From Candidatus Falkowbacteria bacterium (GTDB taxonomy: Bacteria; Patescibacteriota; Patescibacteriia; UBA11705), in the NCBI GenBank assembly GCA_003518055.1, contig DOZJ01000002.1:299785-363784 (forward strand): a stretch of DNA of 64,000 nucleotides. Direction: 5' to 3'. The notes beneath the pieces were generated by a model. That model was given only the letters and a program-made list of their open reading frames with translations. It had not been told where the DNA came from and ran no database searches. The position numbers and the translations under genes were made by a program. Of the stretch, positions 26,261-36,349 are shown in pieces. How positions within the stretch are numbered: position 1 is the first letter of the stretch; every line of letters starts with the position of its first letter.

Positions 26261-27838
26261 TTAAATTACCCCAATTTTTTTTACCATATACGTCCCTTGT
26301 TTGCGATAGCCGAGTTTACGATAATATCCACGGACGCCGACACCGGAAATGACCGCCATTTTACCATAGCCGTGACTGAGCGCGATTTTTTCCGCTTCAG
26401 CCATCAGCCGTTTACCAAATCCCAAGTGCTGCACCGCGCCCTGATTTTTATCAGTGATGGAAACCATCTGGCCGTAAGTGTGCACTTCTCGAATCAGAGC
26501 CGCCTGTTTCAACTCAGGGATAAAATGATCTTGGCCATGATTCAAGCGCAAACGTAAAAACGCGTACAAGATGCGCTTGTTTGGCGAGGCGTATTGCAAA
26601 AAGAACTCTTGGCCGTTCGACGCCGGGTATTCTTCAATAAACAATTTGGCCCGGTCGATTTTTTTGGTGTTCTCCCGCGCTTCACGACATCGGATACAAC
26701 GACAGTATTTACCTTCAGCCTCAAGCTGGGTTTTTAATATCTGTCTGAGGTTTGACACTTTGTTGCCCGCCTCGATGCTCTCGCATGGGATATCTCGGAT
26801 CAAACGGATAATTCGGACATAGTCCGGCACTACCAGCTTAATTTTTTTTAATAAATTTATCAATTGACCGTCTGTGTATGGTTTATATTTTTTCTGCTGC
26901 CAAAATTTGAATAAATCCGCGTCGCGGGTGACCACAGTTGGGTAAATTTTCAACATATCAGGCTGAAATTCCGGCCGTGAAAACAGATCTTTGAACATTT
27001 TGAGATCCTTGGCCGGAGTGGATCCAAGCAGATTGGGCATCATGTGGTAGGCTATTTTGAAGCCGGCGGTTTTCATCAATTCTGTCGCCTGAACAATATC
27101 TTTGACCGTACTCCCGCGGCGATTGAGCGTCAAAATTTTATCATCAGTGGCTTGGACGCCGATTTCAACCTTGGTACAGCCGAGACGACGGAAATTTTGC
27201 AGTTCTTTTTCAGTGATATAATCAGGCCGGGTTTCGAGCGTCAAACCGACAATGCGATGCTTGGCGTGTTCGTTGCGCGTTTCCGCCTCGGGCAGATTCT
27301 TGGCCGTAAAACCATTGCAGGCATCGAAACAGCGTTTGATAAACCATGTTTGATAATGTTTCGGGAAGTGGGAAAATGTGCCGCCCATCACGATCAATTC
27401 CACTTTGTCATTATCATGACCTTGATCTTTCAAGGCTTTTAATCTAACCGCCACCTGAGTGTGCGGGTCAAAGTTGGTTCTAATCGCGCGCATGACCGCC
27501 GGCTCATTGGACAAATAACTCTTGGGCATGGATTTCTCGTTCGGACAAAAAAGACAATTACCCGGACAGGCGTCCGGTTTGGTCAAAACCGCGATTGGCG
27601 CGACACCTGACATGGTTCTGATCGCGCGTTTTTTCAACGCCCGATTCAGAATCAATGATTCTTTGAGGGTTTTGTTTTTAATTAATTTATGGTAGGCCGT
27701 GAGCAGCTCCGCGTTGCTGACAACGGTCATTTTATAATCTTTGGCGAAACGATTTTTAATCCGAACCAAACGGTTGGAGTTAACCGTTTTTAATTTAGCT
27801 AATTTTAGCACAATTTGTTCTGACACTTTTTCTCTCAT
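26261..27838 (-). CDS. elp3: Elp3 tRNA uridine(34) acetyltransferase (radical SAM + GNAT)
   Basis: RTMSGVAP, CPGNCLFCP, MGGTF, ETRPD, CRCIRCRE, QHLGFG, ISGVGVRGYY. Confidence 0.95.
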   Translation of the reverse strand: MREKVSEQIVLKLAKLKTVNSNRLVRIKNRFAKDYKMTVVSNAELLTAYHKLIKNKTLKESLILNRALKKRAIRTMSGVAPIAVLTKPDACPGNCLFCPNEKSMPKSYLSNEPAVMRAIRTNFDPHTQVAVRLKALKDQGHDNDKVELIVMGGTFSHFPKHYQTWFIKRCFDACNGFTAKNLPEAETRNEHAKHRIVGLTLETRPDYITEKELQNFRRLGCTKVEIGVQATDDKILTLNRRGSTVKDIVQATELMKTAGFKIAYHMMPNLLGSTPAKDLKMFKDLFSRPEFQPDMLKIYPTVVTRDADLFKFWQQKKYKPYTDGQLINLLKKIKLVVPDYVRIIRLIRDIPCESIEAGNKVSNLRQILKTQLEAEGKYCRCIRCREARENTKKIDRAKLFIEEYPASNGQEFFLQYASPNKRILYAFLRLRLNHGQDHFIPELKQAALIREVHTYGQMVSITDKNQGAVQHLGFGKRLMAEAEKIALSHGYGKMAVISGVGVRGYYRKLGYRKQGTYMVKKIGVI

Positions 27839-28010
27839 GAGGCTATTTTATGGTTTTGATTGTCATTAGTCAATAAAAGACCGCCAGAGGCAGCCTCGGT
27901 AAATTAACCAACTTTTCTGTATTCACTCGCCGCGTTTGGCTCAACCCAATTTATGATTCGTGTCTATCGACCGAACTGATCCTTCGGCTTACACCAGATT
28001 CGTGGCGCTG

Positions 28011-28640
28011 TTATAAACTGCCCGCCTCAATATTCGCCAGATCTTTGTCCGTGATCCCGAGTCCCAGTCCGCGCATAATTTCAAACGCATGAACCGGCCG
28101 GCCGAGAAAATATCTTTGGCCGTTGACCGGGCTGACATACCACGCTTGGCCTTGGTCTTCCACTTGGAGCAAAATATTGCCTTTGAGCCGGTTGATTAGA
28201 TCTTGATCAACAGGCATCAGGGGAAATTTACCGGCGCCGTTTGGGTTGTAGCCGTTCAAAACTTCTTCCTTATCATTATATCCGTCGCCGTCGCTGTCGA
28301 TTTTCAGTTTATTGGATTTAATCGCTTCTTCCAGCAAGTCAACCAAGCCGTCTTTGTCAGTATCATCGCCTGATTGCGCAATCAGACCGATCGGGATTTT
28401 GTTTAGATTTTCATTGGTGATTCCTAGACCAAACCCACGCATCAGCTGAAAGGCATCGTATGGTCGACCCATGAAATATCGGAGACCATTGTCTGGATTG
28501 ACATACCAGGCTTCACCGTTTTTCTCTACTTGGATCAGGATTCGGCCGAGCAACTCTTCCCGCGTATCAGCCAGTACAAACAGCGGCAGCGCCATGACAG
28601 CGAGCAGGGTGATTAAAATGTATTTGTAGTAGTGTTTCAT
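28011..28640 (-). CDS. Secreted/surface protein with duplicated GxILLQVE..G.AWYV.P domains and DxDxDG motifs
   Basis: Signal peptide; two homologous domains flanking DTDKDGL/DSDGDGY. Confidence 0.8.
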   Translation of the reverse strand: MKHYYKYILITLLAVMALPLFVLADTREELLGRILIQVEKNGEAWYVNPDNGLRYFMGRPYDAFQLMRGFGLGITNENLNKIPIGLIAQSGDDTDKDGLVDLLEEAIKSNKLKIDSDGDGYNDKEEVLNGYNPNGAGKFPLMPVDQDLINRLKGNILLQVEDQGQAWYVSPVNGQRYFLGRPVHAFEIMRGLGLGITDKDLANIEAGSL

Positions 28641-28819
28641 ATTCTTTTAATAAGCAACATTATATATTTGAGGACTTTGTCCTTTGACGATTTTTATTAC
28701 TGAAATTATACCATAAATTGCCCCAAACCGAAAAAGATGTTGACAAGTCGTCCGATTTGATTTATAATTAATAATTCGATTTTGAGCCAACCCGATTGAA
28801 GACAGGAAAGGATCGCCAC

Positions 28820-29233
28820 ATGATCGGCTTTCACCTCACCGTGCCCGGTCGCAGTTTGTCTTGGTTGCAGCGCTTTACCGAGCGCAACATGATGCCGCTT
28901 GATGAACTTCAATGGCGGATTCTAGCGCGGCTGATGAGCGGCCGCCATTATTCCTACAACCATGGTAAGGTCGTCGTGTATCCATGGAAAGTTCTCAAAG
29001 AGTATAAGTGTGACCTCGAATCCACGGTCGCTCAGTATGGTTGTATTCCAACGATCGATGTTGCGATGCGGGTGCTTCCCCAGCCGTTTACCGGCCAGCC
29101 GCAAGTGATGCAGCTGGCTTCGGGCGGAGGGGTTCATCGTGATATCAAAGAAGCGGCTAGACAGATTGTTCATAATCATTTGATCGCCAGACTGAGAGAA
29201 AGACATATCCGGTTTGAAGCTTATATCATTTAA
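28820..29233 (+). CDS. Hypothetical protein (orphan cassette)
   Basis: TTGACA-17-TATAAT (28740-28768), AGGAAAGGA SD before ATG 28820, terminator AACTGCT/AGCAGTT plus T-run. Confidence 0.7.
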   Translation: MIGFHLTVPGRSLSWLQRFTERNMMPLDELQWRILARLMSGRHYSYNHGKVVVYPWKVLKEYKCDLESTVAQYGCIPTIDVAMRVLPQPFTGQPQVMQLASGGGVHRDIKEAARQIVHNHLIARLRERHIRFEAYII

Positions 29234-29312
29234 CTGCTAATCAGCAGTTTTTTTTCGCTGAATTTTTATGGTGATTGAAAAATCAGCCGGATGTTGATAA
29301 TATGGTATTGAT

Positions 29313-30053
29313 ATGACCACCAAAAATCTCCAAACCATCACTCAAAAAAGCTACGATCGCATTGCGCGGCAATTCTCTAAATCCCGCAAGTACGTCTGGT
29401 CTGACCTGGCGATATTTTTGGCTTATATAAAAGATGGCGACAAGGTGCTTGACCTCGGCTGCGGCAGCGGCCGGCTGATTAGTTTGCTTAAACCCAAAAA
29501 AATTGATTATCTGGGGGTAGATTTTAGCCGCGAGTTGATAAAACAAGCGAAAGCGAATTATCCCGATAGAAAGTTCAAAGTTGGCAATGCGTTGACCATG
29601 AAATTTAATCATCAATTCGATGTGATAATCAGCGCCGCAGTCTTCAACCATATGCCGGATGACGCCTCCCGCCGCCTGTTCCTGCGCCATGTGTCTCTGG
29701 CCTTGAAACCCGGCGGTTATTTTCTCATGAGCAATTGGAACTTGTGGAATGACAAGAATAAAAAAGGCGTGAACTTTTTTACAAAAATTAAACAGCAGTT
29801 GTCCGGTGAAGAATTTTTACAAAAATTTGGCGTCAAAAAAACTGATTTAGCTCGCGGCGATGTCCTGACTGAGTGGGGGCAAGACGACATACTATATTAT
29901 TACGCGTTTACGCCGCCCGAATTGAAAAGGTTATTGGAACAGACAAAATTTAAACCGCTGAAAAATTATTATTCCTTCGACGGTCAACGATCAACCAAAT
30001 TCAAGGGGCGCAACATTATCACTATCGCGCAAAAGAAAAAAAGTGGTATTTAG
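29313..30053 (+). CDS. Class I SAM-dependent methyltransferase
   Basis: VLDLGCGSGR, GVDFS, LKPGG. Confidence 0.92.
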   Translation: MTTKNLQTITQKSYDRIARQFSKSRKYVWSDLAIFLAYIKDGDKVLDLGCGSGRLISLLKPKKIDYLGVDFSRELIKQAKANYPDRKFKVGNALTMKFNHQFDVIISAAVFNHMPDDASRRLFLRHVSLALKPGGYFLMSNWNLWNDKNKKGVNFFTKIKQQLSGEEFLQKFGVKKTDLARGDVLTEWGQDDILYYYAFTPPELKRLLEQTKFKPLKNYYSFDGQRSTKFKGRNIITIAQKKKSGI

Positions 30054-30367
30054 TCCACTTTTTGTTTTTCAGGCGGGCGATGTTTATAGTAAAAAATACT
30101 GACCGTCCCAATCCAGCCGGCCGTAACTGCGAGTCCAATGGTTTGCCACATCAAAGCCGATGCCATGATGACTAATATCAGCCCGCAGGCAGTAATCATG
30201 ATTGACGCCACAGCTAGATTAACCGTATTTTCAAAGATTAAAACCAGAAAACCAACAAACAATTCCAGCATCAATAAAATGCTACTCACCGTTAAGGTAA
30301 AGACCGTAATCATCAAATTAACAAACAACGCCACCAGCTGAATCAAGAATCCGATGAAACTGAGCAT
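30050..30367 (-). CDS. Small hydrophobic membrane protein (orphan cassette)
   Basis: AGGAGG SD, TTGACA-17-TAATTT promoter (30397-30425, minus). Confidence 0.65.
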   Translation of the reverse strand: MLSFIGFLIQLVALFVNLMITVFTLTVSSILLMLELFVGFLVLIFENTVNLAVASIMITACGLILVIMASALMWQTIGLAVTAGWIGTVSIFYYKHRPPEKQKVD

Positions 30368-30489
30368 GTTTTCCTCCTGAATGAGGGATGAAATTTAAAT
30401 TAACAGTAAAATGTCCATTTGTCAATCAAAAATCCGGTTGTCAATTTTTTGTGGTATTGTTATAATGGTATTAGATTAAGATGATAATT

Positions 30490-31863
30490 ATGCACTTAAA
30501 TTACAAAAAAGTTTATTTTTCCGGCATCGGCGGTATCGGAGTGTCGGCTTTGGCCAAAATGTTTTATGGCGAAGGGGTCAAGGTTTTGGGGTCAGACTTG
30601 GCGCGCTCGGATATTACCGATGATTTGGAACGCTTGGGGGCCACCATTCACTATAAACAAATCAAAAAAAATATTGATAAGGATATTAATTTATTGATTT
30701 ATTCTCCGGCCGTGCCTGAAACCAATCCTGAGCGTGTCGCCGCGACAGAGCTGGGCATTGAACAAAAAAGCTATCCTGAATTTTTGGGTGAGCTCTCATT
30801 GATGATTGATACTATCGCTGTTTCAGGGACAAATGGTAAATCTACCACCACCGCTATGCTGGCTTCCATTTTGATTGAAGCCAAAGTCGATCCGATGGTA
30901 ATTATCGGTTCAAAGATGGGTAAGATCAAAGGCAATTTTCATGCCGGCAAGGGCAACAAGTTTGTGCTTGAAGCCTGCGAGTATCGCGGTCATATGCTTC
31001 ATCTCAACCCCGGCGCTATTATTTTGACCAATATCGAAGAAGATCACCTTGATTATTTCAAAGATTTGGCGCATATTATTGCGACCTTTCAGCAGTATAT
31101 CAGCCGCCTCAATGGCATCAACCAAATTTTGGTCATTAATAATGATGACTTGAACACCACCCAACTCAATTTGCCGAAATGCCAAATTGTCACCTACGCC
31201 ATCAATGAAACTGCCGATGTGCGCGCTGTCAACATCCAAGTTGAACCCGGCCGTCAAAGATTTTCTCTCGAATATCAAGGTGTGAACTTGGGAAAAATCG
31301 ACCTTCAAGTTCCGGGCAAGTTTAATATTTATAACGCGCTGGCGGCTGTTGCTTATTGTTTGAAAACTGGGATAGAGTTTGAGTGCATCAGGAAAAGTTT
31401 AAAAGCCTATACTGGTTTGTGGCGTCGGTTTGAAAAGATTTACGATGAGGAAGTAACGATTATTTCCGACTACGCTCATCATCCGACCGCGGTCAAAGCG
31501 ACCATTCAGGCGGTCAAGGATTTTTATCCCGGCCGGCGTGTGGTGGCGGTTTTTCAGCCGCATCAGCATGACCGAACCAAAAAACTGTTCAACGATTTTA
31601 TCGCATCGCTGCGTGAGGCCGATCGAGTGATTGTGTCGGAAATTTTCGATGTGGCCGGCCGGGAAGAAGCTTGTCTTTCCGTCAGTTCGGCCGACTTGGT
31701 AAAAAAATTGAATGAAGCCAAAACCGAATCGTCAGTTTACGCCAAGGATTTGGCCGATACTTTGACGCTGGTCAATGAAGCGATTATCGCCGGTGACGTA
31801 GTGTTAGTGATGGGCGCGGGTGATATTTACACGATTAGTAATAAAATTAAGTTGAAACATTGA
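30490..31863 (+). CDS. murC: UDP-N-acetylmuramate--L-alanine ligase
   Basis: GIGGIGVS, SGTNGKSTTT, EACE, DHLD, DYAHHP, FQPH, MGAGDI. Confidence 0.96.
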   Translation: MHLNYKKVYFSGIGGIGVSALAKMFYGEGVKVLGSDLARSDITDDLERLGATIHYKQIKKNIDKDINLLIYSPAVPETNPERVAATELGIEQKSYPEFLGELSLMIDTIAVSGTNGKSTTTAMLASILIEAKVDPMVIIGSKMGKIKGNFHAGKGNKFVLEACEYRGHMLHLNPGAIILTNIEEDHLDYFKDLAHIIATFQQYISRLNGINQILVINNDDLNTTQLNLPKCQIVTYAINETADVRAVNIQVEPGRQRFSLEYQGVNLGKIDLQVPGKFNIYNALAAVAYCLKTGIEFECIRKSLKAYTGLWRRFEKIYDEEVTIISDYAHHPTAVKATIQAVKDFYPGRRVVAVFQPHQHDRTKKLFNDFIASLREADRVIVSEIFDVAGREEACLSVSSADLVKKLNEAKTESSVYAKDLADTLTLVNEAIIAGDVVLVMGAGDIYTISNKIKLKH

Positions 31864-31978
31864 ATTGCATATTGCGTTTAACTGTTAGGGTATAATTGAA
31901 ACTAAACGCTAAACCCTAAACTCTAAACGCTTGAATTTTTCGAGTTTTATCATTTATGATTTGTTATTTGTGATTTAT

Positions 31979-32152
31979 ATGCAGGAGGAGAGACTATTAA
32001 AAAAACTGACGCAAAAAGCCCGCGTGCGGCGGCAGCAAAAACGGCGGGTTAGTCCTGCGTCTGGAACAACCAGCCGCGAAATTAAACGTCAAGAGCTGGC
32101 TATGAAGCGGAGAAAAATCAACGTCAAGGTTTCTGTCCGGATAAAAAAGTAG
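31979..32152 (+). CDS. Small basic hypothetical protein
   Basis: 57-aa Lys/Arg-rich ORF starting at ATG 31979. Confidence 0.5.
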   Translation: MQEERLLKKLTQKARVRRQQKRRVSPASGTTSREIKRQELAMKRRKINVKVSVRIKK

Positions 32153-32195
32153 CTGTTATTAACAGGGGGACGGTAGGGTGACAAATACTCCTCGT

Positions 32196-32386
32196 GTCAT
32201 GCTGAGGCTCTCGCCTGCCCACCGGCTTGTCTGCCGGAGTTTTAACGAAGGCAGAAGTTTTAACGTAGGTGGGAAGCATAGACGCGAGCCTTCAACTCAC
32301 CCTTCGATCCCGCCGCTCGCGAGCAGCGGGATCGAGTGCCCTGCCTACCGCCTGCCGGCAGGCAGGGCAGGCAGGCTCGGGGTAAC
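32196..32386. repeat. REP-like pair with several nested inserted micro-repeats (including a CCTGCCTACCGGCAGGCAGG-type unit)
   Basis: GTCATGCTGAGGCTCTCG[insert]AAGCAT ... CACCCTTCGA[insert]GTGC[insert]CTCGGGGTAAC. Confidence 0.75.
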
Positions 32387-32452
32387 AAATTATTTCACGC
32401 AGTACGTGACTGCGCTCAGAGTGACAAAAATTTAAACATCAATATTTTCAAT

Positions 32453-33403
32453 ATGCTGGATGACTTGAAACAAAAATATAATTTGGAGTTCAAAGCCGAC
32501 GAACCGCTGGCGGCTTATACGACTTTCAAAATCGGCGGCCCGGCCAAATATTTTATCGAGGTCAAGGATAAAGATGAATTAAAACGCGCCTTACTCGCGG
32601 CCAAAGAAAATAGCTTGGCGTATTTTATGCTGGGCGGCGGCAGTAATATTTTAATCTCCGATGACGGGTTTGACGGTCTGGTGATTAGATTGATCAGCGG
32701 CACTTGCCGGTTTGAAACCGACGGCTCAGCCGTTTGTTTTGCCGGCAATAATTGGGCCAAATTCGTCCGTGACGCCATCGGCCAAGGTTTTGGCGGGTTG
32801 GACTTTAGCGGCAATATTCCGGGGACGGTCGGCGGCGCGGTTCGCGGCAATGCCGGCGCCTATGGTCAAGGCGTGGGAGATTTTGTGGCTGAGGTGCTGG
32901 CGGTTGATCTCGCGGCGTCGGATGATTTTGTCCACTTGTCTCACGCGGATTGCCATTTTGATTATCGCGAAAGCGTCTTCAAACGCCAAACCGGGTTGAT
33001 TGTGGCGGAGGTAGCCTTCAAATTAACTCCAAGTGAAAAATCAAAAGAGGAATTGCTTCAGGCCATTGAAGCTGAGGGTCAATCCCGATGCGCCAAACAG
33101 CCGCTCAAGTATCCGAGCGCCGGCTGCTCATTCAAAAACGTTGTTTATACCGATGAATTATCAGCGTATAAAGATTGGGAGACTCACGGCAAAATTCCCG
33201 CGGCCCGATTTATCGAAGCCGCCGGTCTCAAAGGCAAGCAAATCGGCGGGGCCAAAGTGTCTGATGAACACGCTAACTTCATTATCAATGTCGATCATGC
33301 TACCGCTAGCGATGTGATTCAGCTGATCAGCCTCATAAAAATGAAAGTACGCGATCAATATGGCGTCCAGCTCGAAGAAGAAATCCAGTATGTCGGATTT
33401 TAA
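32453..33403 (+). CDS. murB: UDP-N-acetylenolpyruvoylglucosamine reductase (start revised to ATG 32453)
   Basis: TTFKIGGPA, GGGSNIL, IPGTVGGAVRGNAGAYG, PSAGCSFKN, HANFIIN. Confidence 0.96.
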   Translation: MLDDLKQKYNLEFKADEPLAAYTTFKIGGPAKYFIEVKDKDELKRALLAAKENSLAYFMLGGGSNILISDDGFDGLVIRLISGTCRFETDGSAVCFAGNNWAKFVRDAIGQGFGGLDFSGNIPGTVGGAVRGNAGAYGQGVGDFVAEVLAVDLAASDDFVHLSHADCHFDYRESVFKRQTGLIVAEVAFKLTPSEKSKEELLQAIEAEGQSRCAKQPLKYPSAGCSFKNVVYTDELSAYKDWETHGKIPAARFIEAAGLKGKQIGGAKVSDEHANFIINVDHATASDVIQLISLIKMKVRDQYGVQLEEEIQYVGF

Positions 33404-33478
33404 CCTGAAATCACCACCCAACTATCAATCAATTTCAATGTATTTCTATTAATTTCAATTATTATTAACCCATTAATT

Positions 33479-33784
33479 ATGAAAACAAACATCAAAGGTA
33501 CGAATTTGGAATTGACTCCGGCCATCAGGAATTATGCCGAGGAGAAGCTGGGTAAAATTGACAAATATTTTGACAACATTCAGCAGATTGATGTTGATCT
33601 CGGTAAAACAACCAAAGGTCAGGCAAAGGGGGATATATTTTTTGCTGAGGTGAATGTCAGTGTTCCCGGCACCTTGCTCCGCTACCGCGAAGAAACCGAT
33701 GACTTGTACAAAGCGATCAATCAAACAAAAAAAGGCATTCAGTTGGAGCTCAACAAGTACAAAGAGAAACTGCGCCATCAATAA
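33479..33784 (+). CDS. hpf: Ribosome hibernation factor HPF/RaiA (short form)
   Basis: IKGTNLELTPAIRNYAEEKL, DLYKAIN. Confidence 0.92.
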   Translation: MKTNIKGTNLELTPAIRNYAEEKLGKIDKYFDNIQQIDVDLGKTTKGQAKGDIFFAEVNVSVPGTLLRYREETDDLYKAINQTKKGIQLELNKYKEKLRHQ

Positions 33785-33793
33785 CATCAAAAT

Positions 33794-34414
33794 ATGAATT
33801 ATCGATCTGTGGTTAACACGGTTCGCCACTTCAAGGTTAATTTGGTCATTAAAATTTTAATCTTGTCTGATTTTATCATTTTAACTTCGAGCAATTTGTT
33901 GTCGCCGATTTTCGCCATCTTTATTGCCGAGCAGGTCCCCGGCGGCGATATCGAATCAGCCGGTGTGGCCGTCGCTATTTACGCTGTGGCCAAGGCGGTC
34001 AGCGAGGTGCCGGTTGGCGTCTTTATTGATAAACACAAAGGCGAACTTGATGATTTGTACGTCACTTTTATCGGGACAATCATGCAGGGCATCGTTTATA
34101 TCACCTTTATTTTTATTTCCAACATTTGGCAGCTGTTTCTCTTGCAAGCGTTGCTAGGTGTGGCCAGCGCGGTCGCGTACCCGGGTTGGTATGCGATTTT
34201 CACTCGTCATGTTGATTCAAACAAACAAGGGTTTGAGTGGAGTTTGTATGATGTCCTGATGGGTTTCGGTTATGCCGGAGCGGCGGCCTTGAGCGGTTTT
34301 ATCGCCGTCCGCTGGGGATTTAGTGCCATTTTTTCCGTCGTGGGTATAATGACCATCTGCGGTTCGAGTTTACTGGTTTTGATTCGAAATAAAATGAGAC
34401 TAGTCAAACCATGA
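33794..34414 (+). CDS. Half-size (about 6 TM) MFS-like transporter
   Basis: LLSPIFAIF, G..IDK.G motif A-like segment, hydrophobic helices. Confidence 0.8.
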   Translation: MNYRSVVNTVRHFKVNLVIKILILSDFIILTSSNLLSPIFAIFIAEQVPGGDIESAGVAVAIYAVAKAVSEVPVGVFIDKHKGELDDLYVTFIGTIMQGIVYITFIFISNIWQLFLLQALLGVASAVAYPGWYAIFTRHVDSNKQGFEWSLYDVLMGFGYAGAAALSGFIAVRWGFSAIFSVVGIMTICGSSLLVLIRNKMRLVKP

Positions 34415-34446
34415 GTTATTCATAAGGGTATAATTTTTGTATAATT

Positions 34447-34479
34447 AAAAAGCCGCCCAGATTTATCGGGTGGTTTTTT
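34447..34479. terminator. Bidirectional terminator
   Basis: AAAAGCCGCCC-AGATTTATC-GGGTGGTTTTTT. Confidence 0.7.
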
Positions 34480-34498
34480 GTAACCGCTAGTTTCGCGG

Positions 34499-35308
34499 TT
34501 AGAGCAGCAGTCTCGCCAGCAGGTATTCGATTGGATTGGGCGCGGCGAGCATTTGAATGATAATCGTTTTATCAATATTATTTTCTTCAATGCATTGACG
34601 GGCCTGATCAAATTCTTTGTGCTTGAATTTGAAGTAGCAGACCAGTGTCAAAACCAAATCTCGTTCGGCTTGTGACAGGTTATGTCCGTCAGTCAGGCTC
34701 AGAAGCATCGGCAAATTATTTTCAGTGCTGATGAAGTCCATGGCCACGAGATTCGTGAAGCAATACTTAACCAGATTGCCATGATCAGGATGCATGATTC
34801 CCAGTTCAAACGTCTGATAATATTGATAGACCACGCATGGTTTCTGAATATCCTTCAAGCGGCGATTTACGACCCTTTGGAGTTCAATCGCTGGCAGCAG
34901 ATCCGGCGCCAAATGGTAGAGATCAGCCGCCTGTTCGGATTTTTCTTCGCTAATCAGCTGGCTGAACATAGCCCGAAACATAGTGTCAAAAACAATGTTG
35001 TGTCTCGCGGCCAGAAGTTTGGCTTGGTCAATTTTACCGGCCAGAAGGTGGAGGGTGATTTCTTTTTCAGCGGTTTGGCGATAAAAACCATTATCACTAT
35101 CGCAGGGGTCAGCCAGCATACAGGCCAGCCGATAACACTCTCCAAGCTGGGGAGTAGACTGAGCTCGTTCCAGACAAGACTGCCAGTCGGTTACATCGAT
35201 CTCATCGGCCATATTCTTTTTACAGCCATTGGCGTAAAGCATCAAAGTATTTACACTGATAACGACGCCGAGCATCAATAAATAATAATGCAGATTGGTT
35301 CGTCGCAT
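34499..35308 (-). CDS. Hypothetical exported/lipoprotein-like alpha-helical protein (orphan cassette)
   Basis: GGAGG SD at revised start 35308, TTGACA-17-TAATAT promoter (35338-35366), hydrophobic N-terminus followed by ANGC. Confidence 0.7.
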   Translation of the reverse strand: MRRTNLHYYLLMLGVVISVNTLMLYANGCKKNMADEIDVTDWQSCLERAQSTPQLGECYRLACMLADPCDSDNGFYRQTAEKEITLHLLAGKIDQAKLLAARHNIVFDTMFRAMFSQLISEEKSEQAADLYHLAPDLLPAIELQRVVNRRLKDIQKPCVVYQYYQTFELGIMHPDHGNLVKYCFTNLVAMDFISTENNLPMLLSLTDGHNLSQAERDLVLTLVCYFKFKHKEFDQARQCIEENNIDKTIIIQMLAAPNPIEYLLARLLL

Positions 35309-35394
35309 GATTTTCCTCCGGTGGTTTTTGACCAAATATATTATCACAACCGCATTATCTTGTCAATAAAAAAATCAGCTGTTAGCTGATTACG

Positions 35395-36249
35395 TCATTT
35401 CCCAAGGCGCCATCGAAGAGCCAAGAATTCGTCATGGGTAATCCCATGGTTTCCGAGAGTGGCTTTGGGCTTATGGCGGCCGTGATAGTCTGATCCGCCG
35501 GTCCGAATCAAGTTGTTGCGATTGGCTAGTTCCACTAGGACATATTCCACTCCGCGGTTTTCCGCATGCTCTGTTTCCAGTCCATCGAGACCGGTCTCCA
35601 ACAATTCGGTGAAAATCAGTTCGTGTTTAATCGAATCCTTCAGCAGCAGTCGGCCAGAATGCGCCCACACAGCCACGCCACCAATTTCGTGAATCAGTTT
35701 GATCCCGTCATCCGGTGATAAAAACCGCTTTTTGTCATAGCTAGCGTGAGCCACGCCGCCTTTTTCTTGTTCTTGTTTGGCGGTTTCAGGCGACACGCCG
35801 CCGAATCGCTGCCGGTAATCACGGAGCCACAGTTTGAACTGGATTGGTCCTTTGGCCCCGACCGTTTTTTGCATTTCTTCGGGTGTCACATCCACGAGGC
35901 CGGCTGCGCGATATTTATTCATGGCTTCAATGATCCGAGAATTAAGAGCTCTCCAATTTGTCTGTAATACGTCGTTCAAAGTTTTTGCCGCCGGTCCGGT
36001 ATGATTGATGCCATAGCCCAGTAGATGTAAAACCTCGCCATGGCTGTAAACGCTGACTTCAATTCCGGCCAGACCATCCAGGTCAAATTCTTTGAGCGCC
36101 GCCGCGAATTCATCCAGTCCGAGATGGGAGTCATGATCAGTCAAACACACGGCTTTCAGACCAGCTTCTTTGGCTTTTCTGACTACATCACACGGCGAGT
36201 CAGCGCCATCAGAATAATGAGAATGCGTATGCATATCAACATCGCGCAT
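35395..36249 (-). CDS. PHP-domain phosphoesterase (TrpH/YciV-like)
   Basis: DMHTHSHYSDG, LTDHD, GIE, HLLGY, WAH, TGGSDYHG. Own TTGACA-17-TAAAAT promoter and GGAGG SD. Confidence 0.92.
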   Translation of the reverse strand: MRDVDMHTHSHYSDGADSPCDVVRKAKEAGLKAVCLTDHDSHLGLDEFAAALKEFDLDGLAGIEVSVYSHGEVLHLLGYGINHTGPAAKTLNDVLQTNWRALNSRIIEAMNKYRAAGLVDVTPEEMQKTVGAKGPIQFKLWLRDYRQRFGGVSPETAKQEQEKGGVAHASYDKKRFLSPDDGIKLIHEIGGVAVWAHSGRLLLKDSIKHELIFTELLETGLDGLETEHAENRGVEYVLVELANRNNLIRTGGSDYHGRHKPKATLGNHGITHDEFLALRWRLGK

Positions 36250-36349
36250 GGTTCCTCCATTGGTAGTGTCGTTTGCTGATTTTAACCATAGACAACGGAA
36301 ATGTCAAAGATAAAATTTTCGATCAAAAAACACCCGCAGATGCGTGTGT

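Noticed and set aside
32178-32452. ORF 32178..32435 and the extended murB N-terminus (LPAGR-type peptides)
   Set aside because: These are translations of the nested palindromic repeats rather than real coding sequence.
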